Positions 54,475 to 64,000 of a stretch of DNA of 64,000 bases are shown one piece after another. The position numbers and the translations under genes were made by a program. The stretch's first letter is position 1; every line of letters begins with the position of its first letter. The notes beneath the pieces are model-generated. The model did no database searches. It saw only the letters and a program-made list of their open reading frames with translations, and was not told the DNA's origin. Source of the DNA: Octopus vulgaris (lineage: Eukaryota). The stretch lies in the NCBI GenBank assembly GCA_951406725.2, contig OX597822.1:13888001-13952000 (forward strand). The letters are read 5' to 3'.

Positions 54475-56170
54475 GTCTTCATAGTTGTCTGCACGGTGAT
54501 TTCCAAGAAAGTTTTGTGTCACATCAACGAACAATTTCCATGCAGCAGTCTCGAATGGGTTTAGTGCGAATCTGGGCACCATTTAAAAACCTCGCTTTTT
54601 ACTTTGCTTCAGATACCACAGCAGCATTTTTTTTACACAAGTACTGAAACCCTTGTATGAACCATGTCTTTTATGAAATTATTTGCCAAACTTAATTTTA
54701 GATGTAATGGAGGCAGGAATACTTTTTTCTGGTGCAGGTAGCTGAACCTTCCTGTGCCATCCTTGCTGGCCAATCCTTTTTGAAGTAGTCCTTCGCATCC
54801 GCTCTACTATTCCACAAACACAGAAAGCACTTATGATTTTCGTAACCAATCTGAAGATCTAGAATAAGACTAATTACTTTGAGATCTCCACATATTTTCC
54901 ACCGATGCTTGGTACTCAATAGGAGAAAGCAAAATTTTCGTTGTTTTATAACTTTCAGCCATTTTACTTTTTTTTTTTTTTTTTTTTGCATGAGTAATTG
55001 GTACAGAGGCAAGCTGATTTCCAGTTTGCAGCAGGACGGTTTTAAAAGTATTTCCCACTGAACCACTGAAAAGCCTCCAGTCCTCTGGTTTGTATGAATC
55101 AGATTTGCAGAGGTTTTGCATAAGAGACTCTGCATCATGACAACAGCAAATGTCATTTTCCATTTTGAAAAATGCAGTTGTTCATATCGATGACGAGCAG
55201 TTGTGATGCGGGTTACGTTGCTTCGGTCTTGATTCTCTGGGTTGGCGAATGTCCCTGAAGCTTCATTTCTTCCATTCTCATTTGGATTTCTTCCCAGATA
55301 ACCTAGGAGACAACAGTGATGACCATGGAGAAAGGTGTCACCAAGACATTGCGATAATGGAGTGCTGGTATCAGGGCCGGTTCACTCCGAATATGTTGGG
55401 AGACCACTGCTGGACACTACACAAACAAGCTAAGTTTTTCGTTCAGCAGGTTACTTTGCTTCGGTCTTGATCCCAGTACCTCTGCTTTTTCTTTAGACAA
55501 ATCTAGGTCCCTAATAAGATCATGAATAACTCTCTGGTTAAATGGTATAGGTTCAATTGGCTCTGGTCCGTCTTCGTCCATACAGCTGCTTCTGGAATCA
55601 GAATCCGTGCTTAGCTCGTGTTCAGCAGGTAGTACTGGAACCGGTAATACTTCACTGTATATTACTGGTCGGGTTGCTGAAAGGATATTGCAGTATTATA
55701 ATTGTAGTTCGTGTCTTGACAGTTATTCCTTTGATGTTTGTAAGGCAGAAATAGCAGTCATTATTATGGTCTCTGGGTTCTCGCCGCACCATTGACATGG
55801 CAAAAGCTGGCAAACCAGTAAGGCGGCGAGCTGGCAGAAGCGTTAGCACGCCGGGCGAAATGCTTCGCGGTATTTCGTCGGCCGCTGCGTTCTGAGTTCA
55901 AATTCTGCCGAGGTCGACTTTGCCTTTCATCCTTTCGGGGTCGATACATTAAGTACCAGTTACGCACTGGGATCGATGTAATCGACTTAATACCTATGTC
56001 TGTCCTTGTTTGTCCCCTCTCTGTTTAGCCCCTTGTGGGTAGTAAAGAAATAGGTATGGCAAAAGACAAACGTGAGCTTCGCTTTCCAGTCATCCATTCA
56101 CTCCGGCGATTGACACAAGATCTTCACACTATATGAGGCTCCTATTTCTTGTCTTGGTCTCTTAATGGGA
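54475..56170 (-). mobile_element. Decayed, rearranged DNA transposase pseudogene, probably Chapaev/CMC-like
   Basis: Peptides RREPRDHNNDCYFCLTNIKG, NDLIRDLDLSKEKAEVLGSR, WKICGDLKVISLILDLQIGY..CFLCLWNSRA, AAWKLF..NFLGNHRADNY (minus) and HSHLDFFPDNLG..SDDHGERCHQDI (plus); superfamily assignment from memory. Confidence 0.65.
55820..56056 (+). mobile_element. SINE B inserted in the transposase pseudogene
   Basis: Close match to 13554-13781. Confidence 0.9.
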
Positions 56171-56824
56171 TTTTGGCAAGCACTCTTAGCTTGTTTATGT
56201 TTCTATAACATAGCGGTTTGGTGGAAAGAGTCCAACAGAAAACACAGTAGACTCGTATTAAGGAATCAGATCGAATTGGTCAACTAAAGCTTTCAGTACT
56301 GTGCCCCAGCATGATCGCACCTCAGTGAGTGATATATCTAAAAAAAAATGCTTAAACGTCCGTGTGCGCGCGCGCACCTGAGTGTGTGCGAGTGGATGAG
56401 AGAGAGAGAGAGACTCTGTGTTTTTGTGTTTGTGTGTGTGTGTGCTTCTGTGTTCGGCTGTTAGTGCGTTTGTTATGTTAGTACTTCCTTTGTATTTATA
56501 TTCTTAAAAAGACATTTTTTTATTATAATCATCCATATTCGAAAATAAAATTTTGAAAAATACAAAACTACAGAAAAAATAAAATGGCGGAAAATGAAGG
56601 AAAGAAAGAAAGAAAGGAAATCAAATGATTCCTCTCAATGTTCTTCTAGTTTAATGCAATATTGTATAGAATGGTGTGTCTTCGGATATATTCTTAATGG
56701 AATATATTGGACCAACGTATAGAATTTATTTCCAAAACGTTGCTTTGATACAAGAATTAAATCAAAAGCCCGCTTGCGTGAAAGCTGAACGATTTAAATA
56801 TTGTCTGTGTTTGAACGTGTGTGT

Positions 56825-56879
<55 letters not shown>

Positions 56880-57491
56880 GGAGAGAGAGTATGTGTGCTT
56901 GTGTTAGTTTGTTTATTTTTCGTTTTGTGTGTGTTTATGTTTGTGAGGAATCTCGTTTCCTCCCCTTTGTCATTTCTCTGTGTGCGGCCCAGCTTGTGCG
57001 TTTCAGGAAATATGCTTGCATGTGTACATGTGTATACGTGTGTATGTATGTGCGCAAGGCGTGTATACGTGTGTATGTATATGTGCATCATTTAGTGTGA
57101 TTGGATGTATATATTTCTTTTTGCTTCCTGTTTGTATATATCCGTTTGTCTGCGTCTTTCTGTGTTTTTATGGCATTATTTACTGATACGATGTAATGCA
57201 TATATTCACACATTTATGCGTATCAATGTGTGTATACATAGCATTCATGCACACATATTTACATATATATACAAATATATACATACATGCATGTCTATAT
57301 GCGGTCATATTTCAAAGGTAAATCGTACCACACAGAAGAAACCTCACAGATCACTTATGCAACTATATATCTTGAAATATATACGCACATATATACACAA
57401 ATGTACTGAGGTACAGAAACACAGAAACAATACAAAAACCCTTCAGGCTTAGAGGGAATATACGTGTTTGTGTATTCAGACTCAGAGAAAG

Positions 57492-57552
<61 letters not shown>

Positions 57553-57730
57553 TATATAGAGGGTACTATTATTCATAGGTACCGCACGCTAGGAGGGACT
57601 TTTGCAGTCAAAACTACTAAAGTATATATATATATATATATATAAATTTATACATACACACATATACACACATATACATATAGGTATGTGTGTATCTATT
57701 TATATATATATATATGTATATAAATACATC

Positions 57731-57820
<90 letters not shown>

Positions 57821-58134
57821 CATATACAAAAACACACACTCATATAGGTGTGAATATATACACAGACACAGGCATACGCACATCCGTCGATTCATAACCC
57901 ACACATGAGCAAATTTTGGCACAGGTGACCCTTTCATTAAATCATTGACATGGATTATAAATGATTTAGAGGCTAATATGGCGTAACGTCGGAACTAAAG
58001 CATGCTCTTCCGACTTACATAGATTCATACGTTTGTCTGCTCTGATTAAACCGACATTCACCCCCACACAGTATACACCACAGACAAATATTGCTCTGGC
58101 TCTATGTAAGTACATATATGTTATGTATAAATAT

Positions 58135-58208
<74 letters not shown>

Positions 58209-58383
58209 AATATATATATATAATATATATATATATATAATCCAGGTTTCTCGGACACTAGGCCACTTGGTGTAGAATAGCACACTCTTATTAATTAATT
58301 ATATATATATATATATATATAAAGACACACACAGACTCACACATATAATGAAGTGAAACCAAGTAATACTATTTTGAATGCAT

Positions 58384-58457
58384 TTAATACGTACGTTTCA
58401 GTTAATTGCGCATTAGATGAAAGGGAGTTTCATCTACGCAAAATTTTCGTCAGGTAA
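58384..58457 (-). ncRNA. Type I hammerhead motif with long stem II and palindromic stem III
   Basis: ttac-CTGACGA-[..tagatgaaa ctccc tttcatcta..]-GAAA-cgtacg-TA-ttaa. Confidence 0.62.
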
Positions 58458-58514
58458 GCAATATCAAAATATGCTTTTAGGTTTAACAAGATATATGTAT
58501 GTATATACATATAT

Positions 58515-58566
<52 letters not shown>

Positions 58567-58633
58567 ATGTATATGTATATGTTTTCTCTGTCGTAATTTC
58601 CTTATTCTATACCCTTCTCAATTTCCCTATTTG

Positions 58634-58670
58634 TCTCCGAATGCGGAATATCCCAGAAACAGCTGTAAGA
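58634..58670 (+). ncRNA. Decayed type I hammerhead motif
   Basis: tct-ccgaatg..gga ata tcc..-GAAA-cagctg-TA-aga. Confidence 0.4.
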
Positions 58671-58959
58671 ATCTGAATTTTTTCCCAATAATAATAATGT
58701 ATAGGACTTAAGATGTTTGCCTTGCCTTAATGTTTGTTGTCTTCTTTAACAATTATATGTCCGCTGTATCGAAAATCGGCAGTGGCTCCATAAGCACCGT
58801 CCTGGCTATAACCTTGGAGCCCTAATTATCCGTTACAGCACTTACTTAGCGTGCCGAATCGTTTAGATCACTTGTGAAATAAACTCCCATATTTTGTACA
58901 CACACACTCATATATATATATTTATTGGCTAAACTGGCAAAATGACCATTCCGAAATAT

Positions 58960-59009
<50 letters not shown>

Positions 59010-59036
59010 ATATACATACATATATGTACATACCTA

Positions 59037-59080
<44 letters not shown>

Positions 59081-59086
59081 TTATAT

Positions 59087-59593
59087 ATAAGTATATATAC
59101 ATGCATATATGGGTGCAGAGCATCAAAAAGACGTGAACGAGAACATGAAAAACAAAAACATAGAAAACGAACTTATTTCGAAAATGAAGAAAACAAACAA
59201 ACACAGAATCGAGACATGCAGCGTAAAGAACATTCCGTTCATCAGTTGTCTGGAGTAGATAAAACCGGGGACAACTGATGAAGGGAATGTTCTTTATGTT
59301 GCATGTCTCGTTTCTCTATTTGTTTGTTTTTTTTCTTCGTTGTTCGAAAAAAAGTTCGTTTCTCCATTTCTTTTTTTTTTTTCCGTTGTTCGAAAAAGTT
59401 CGTTTTCTATGTTTTTGATTTTTCACTTTTTTGTTTCTCGTTGTGTTCAACATTTTTTTGATGTCCTGTACCCATATATGCATGTATATATACATATATA
59501 TGTACGTATATACATATATGTATGTATATATGCATATATATGTATATATTTTTTATATTATTATGAAATCGAACGCCACGCATCCTTTTCCGA

Positions 59594-59598
<5 letters not shown>
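59087..59598. mobile_element. Family P foldback copy (inverted 5' arm plus sense arm with tail)
   Basis: 59087-59250 is the inverted copy of about 59270-59490; CTGATGA at 59275-59281 and its complement at 59239-59245. Confidence 0.75.
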
Positions 59599-59676
<78 letters not shown>

Positions 59677-59884
59677 CCTAAATGGACAAGACTTCACTGA
59701 AGTAATTGCTGTATGCGTGCTGTAGAATGGTTGATTAATAAAACAAGTAAATTTAGAGTTTCGTCGATAGATCTTTAGATGATTATCGTAATCTGTGGAT
59801 ATCTGAGAAAGAGTGTATCAAGAACAGTTATAAGTAATATTAGTACACTAAACACGAAAACACGCGCACACACCCACACAGGCT

Positions 59885-59916
<32 letters not shown>

Positions 59917-60399
59917 ACACACACCCTCAAATATATGTGTGTGTATGTGTGTGTGAGCGTGTTTTGTTAAATTGCTTGGGCTGAAATGCTTGCAAGCCTA
60001 CTTCAGCAGGAAGGTGTCATGTGATCTGCTTGAAATGTGCTGAGTCTTTGATGTAAAGTATCCAGATACAAACACACATGTATACGCATGTAAGTACGTA
60101 TGTGCATATCTATATAAATTTGCATATCTCTATATGCACATGTCTATATATGTATGTGTGCATGTTGAAAGGTATGTATGCTTTGTTACATTCCTCAAGA
60201 TGAGAATACTCTGCTCTGTTTCAGAGAGAGAATAACACACACAGGCCATTCGATCTGCTTGGTAACGTGTTAATCGCAATTTCTTACATAAAGTATAAGA
60301 TAAACAAGGAGTACGCACATGTACCCAGTTATACAATATGGCTTTCCTCTGGTTATGCATAATACTGAATGCCTATGTTCGCATCGCAGCGCCTCACAA

Positions 60400-60432
<33 letters not shown>

Positions 60433-60637
60433 CAAAAGGGTAATAATATAGATTACTACCAGTGGCCCAGCACAAAAGACGAATTAGTCATTAGACAAAA
60501 TATTATTCATATAGAAAAATATTATTCACGTAGAAATATAATTAAGGGCTCCTAAATAAGGATGCCAAGTGCTAGGGACACAAAAAAGGGATAAATTTAT
60601 CGAGAGGGAAAATCAAAAACATTTACCAATAACGATA

Positions 60638-60721
60638 CATCCCGGACTGATATCAGTTTCTACCTCTTTCTAGCAAAACAGACAGAATATGTTTGCTAAG
60701 GCCGGTTTCATCAGCGAGATG
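60638..60721 (-). ncRNA. Type I hammerhead ribozyme motif, intact core
   Basis: catctcg-CTGATGA-[a acc..tagcaaa..tttgcta..ggt a]-GAAA-ctgatatcag-TC-cgggatg. Confidence 0.78.
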
Positions 60722-60747
60722 CCTGAGTTAAATCGAGATGTTTAGGT

Positions 60748-60778
<31 letters not shown>

Positions 60779-60789
60779 CTATATACCTA

Positions 60790-61010
60790 AACATTTGTAT
60801 ACGTACAGTGTTGATATAAATAGTAAATAAATATATATGCATATATACATACATACGTGAACATACCCACGTATATATAAATGCATATATGGGTACAGGA
60901 CGTGAGAAAACATGAACAACATGAAAAACGAGAACATGAAAAAACAAAAACATGGAAAATGAACTTTTTTGAAGTTTGACTAAACAGAAACAACAAATTT
61001 CCCGCAAATC
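60790..61010 (-). mobile_element. Family P fragment without the ribozyme block
   Basis: atgcatatatgggtacaggacgtg...aacgagaacatgaaaaaacaaaaacat shared with 59101-59165. Confidence 0.65.
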
Positions 61011-61735
61011 TCATTTTCAAAATGTATTGTAACGCACGCTTGTATGTATGTATGTATGTATGTATGTATGTATGTATGTATGTATGTATGTATGTATGTA
61101 TGTATGTATGTACGTACGTACGTATGTATGTATGTATGTATGTATGTATGTATGTATGTATGTATGTATGCATGTATGTATGTATGTATGTATATATGTA
61201 TGTATGGTATGCATGTACATGCGTATGTATGAATGTATATATCTATGTATGTGTACTTTGCAACAGATGTGTATGCAGGCACGGTTTTGGTATCAAGAAC
61301 GCATCCAATTTGATTTGTGCATCAAAGCGTGTGAGAATCAGAGCGTGTCTATTTGCCTGTCTGCCTGTTTCTGTGTTCGTGTGTTAGTGTAAACTATGTT
61401 ATTAATTCGAAACCGGAAGTTTCCTACAGTGTCACGTGTGTTGAATGACGTTAATGCTCATCTCCCTGAAATCCAAAATGTTAGAGAAACACAAGTGGAA
61501 TCGGGTTTATGGAAATATTGCTGTAATTCTCACACATTAAGATAAAAAGGAAAACAACAATACTGCCATTAATGACACCCACCCATCACATGTGTGTGCC
61601 GAACAATACTTCCTCTTCGTTACTTTTAAATATAAAACATATTGTTGTCTGTAATGTGTGTGTGTGTGTGTGTGTACTTATATTCAAACAAATGAATGTA
61701 CTCAAACAGCAAGAAATAAAGATATAGTGATCGTA

Positions 61736-61772
<37 letters not shown>

Positions 61773-61773
61773 A

Positions 61774-61804
<31 letters not shown>

Positions 61805-61828
61805 CGTGTGTGTGTGTGTGTATGTACA

Positions 61829-61927
<99 letters not shown>

Positions 61928-62119
61928 ATATGAGATACTCGTTCTGCCTTGGTTTTTATTATTCCTTGAATATAATATATACCCGCTATAACGAAACCGT
62001 AACAGGATCCCTAGATCCAGCCTTAGATGTGATCTTGGAACCTAATGGTTGACCAACTATACCACTTAACCAGCGTACCTATTAGTTTAGATCACCAGTA
62101 AACTATACCCTTCGTATGC

Positions 62120-62157
<38 letters not shown>

Positions 62158-62183
62158 CATGTATGCGTATGTGTATGTATGTG

Positions 62184-62311
62184 TAATCAGCCGAAATTGT
62201 GAAGATGATCCGGTTCTTGACTGAAGATTGGAGGCTTCGAATGTCCCGTCCGTGTTTTTTGTATCGTCTTCTAAATGTTTCACGTTCTTGTCCCAGTTTG
62301 TATTTTTTCAC

Positions 62312-62316
<5 letters not shown>
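62184..62316 (+). mobile_element. 5'-truncated subfamily P2 copy with GAAA and CUGAAGA segments
   Basis: cagcc-GAAA-ttgt..tcttga-CTGAAGA..cgaatg.cccgtcc..cgttcttgtccca, homologous to the reverse complement of 15598-15728. Confidence 0.7.
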
Positions 62317-62409
<93 letters not shown>

Positions 62410-62684
62410 TGGGAGGTGGAGCGTGTATATATATATATATATATATATTTAAAAAAGGAGATGTGGAACACGAGTTGTGATATATAAAAATGGAAATGAA
62501 GAAAATGCTGACAAAATAATTTAAGTAATTTAAGTAATTTAATTAGGTGAAAGTTCTTTTTACCGGTTGCGCATTTGTTATGCTTATCAAAATATATTTT
62601 TTAAAGAGAGATTAGAGTTCCTTTTCTGATAGATTTTTTCCTCTTATCTGACAAATTATTTTGTCAGCATTTTCTTCATTTCTT

Positions 62685-62749
<65 letters not shown>

Positions 62750-62941
62750 GTGTGTGTCTGTGTATAACTATATGTACATGTTAACTATTTACAATGGAAG
62801 CCTTTTGGTATTAATACTGATTCCATCGCTAACAATTAATTTTTAATTAGCCTGATTGCTATTTGCGGCATCAGAGTCTGAAAAGATGCTTCAATTCTAC
62901 ACATCATAGCAGCGAGATTTGACTGTCATGCGGTAATCGGT

Positions 62942-62991
62942 GGTTCGCGCTGAAGAGGTTAAATAGGCCGAAATCACGTGATGCGGGAACC
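62942..62991 (+). ncRNA. Type I hammerhead motif with G at the cleavage position
   Basis: ggttcgcg-CTGAAGA-ggtt aaata ggcc-GAAA-tcacgtga-TG-cgggaacc. Confidence 0.7.
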
Positions 62992-63269
62992 CCATGGCCC
63001 ACGTCTGACAACAATGTATATCTGCTTTTATGCACGAAGCCTCTATACGAAAGGCTCTTCCGAGGCTAATAGTGCAGTATTCCGTATATTAAAAAAGCAT
63101 GTTCATATCCTCTGTGATTCGGTGGTCCAACACAACAGAGCCATTGAATAAGTAAGAGACTTAAAGAATAAGAATTGTTGTCCGTTTGGTCGATTCAACT
63201 CATCAAGGCCGTTGTCCAATCCCTGAAAGAAATAAAAGATGAAATATATCTACCGTACATATGTAATGT

Positions 63270-63322
<53 letters not shown>

Positions 63323-63699
63323 CGTGCATGTGTGCGTGCGTGCGTGCGTAAGCGTATGTGTAATAGATAATTAGCTAGATTGGTAGACAGATAGACAGAC
63401 AGACAGACAGACAGACGGACAAGCATGTAGGCAAGTATGCAAGTAGGTAAGCAGGTAGATTTGTAAGAAAGAAAAAAGGGAGATGGATGGAAGGAAGGAA
63501 GAAAGAAAGAAAGGCAGGAAGGTGTGACAGGTAAAAAAGACACAGAGACAACAGGAATGTCGTGACGTTGATTGTGCATATCGAAGACATGGCTGAGAGA
63601 AAATAACAGAAAAGGCGTCTTCTCAAATAACTGACATTTTTTTTCACATCACTACACTATGTGTGTATGTGTGTATGTGTGTGTGTGCGTGTGCGCGCG

Positions 63700-63731
<32 letters not shown>

Positions 63732-63919
63732 TGAGAATGTGTGTCTGTCTGTGTGTTTCCCTAAAACTTGAGAACTACACAACCAATTTCATTCAAATTT
63801 TACACTTGCCTTACTTAGGGTCCGGGGAGTGTCATCGGCAAAAAAAATGTTTACTACACAAAACCTAAACTTTATGCTTATTGCCTCCCCCCACACACAC
63901 ACACTTATATAGAGAGAGA

Positions 63920-63975
<56 letters not shown>

Positions 63976-64000
63976 TAGGTAGGTGCCCCAAATTTTCTTT

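Overview
AT-rich, microsatellite-saturated eukaryotic DNA with no intact host gene. The SINE families and repeat landscape suggest a cephalopod, probably Octopus (inference). Almost all entries in the ORF track are translations of simple repeats. Real content: many copies of at least four tRNA-derived SINE families; three 5'-truncated R4/Dong-clade non-LTR retrotransposons (RT, CCHC, PD-(D/E)xK endonuclease) in or next to (TAA)n; remnants of a CR1/L2-type LINE, a mariner and a Chapaev/CMC-like DNA transposon; and short foldback elements in (TA)n. The main unexpected signal is RNA structure. About nine type I hammerhead ribozyme motifs with palindromic stem III (the form typical of Penelope-like elements) are present. 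In addition, a repeated non-coding element carries the three hammerhead core segments in a non-circularly permuted order (NUH, then GAAA, then CUGANGA). Its stems I and III covary between copies and the GAAA-to-CUGANGA spacing is fixed at 24-25 nt (best copies 15685-15757, 39918-39988, 52671-52739, all minus strand). All structures were folded by eye; none was computed or tested.
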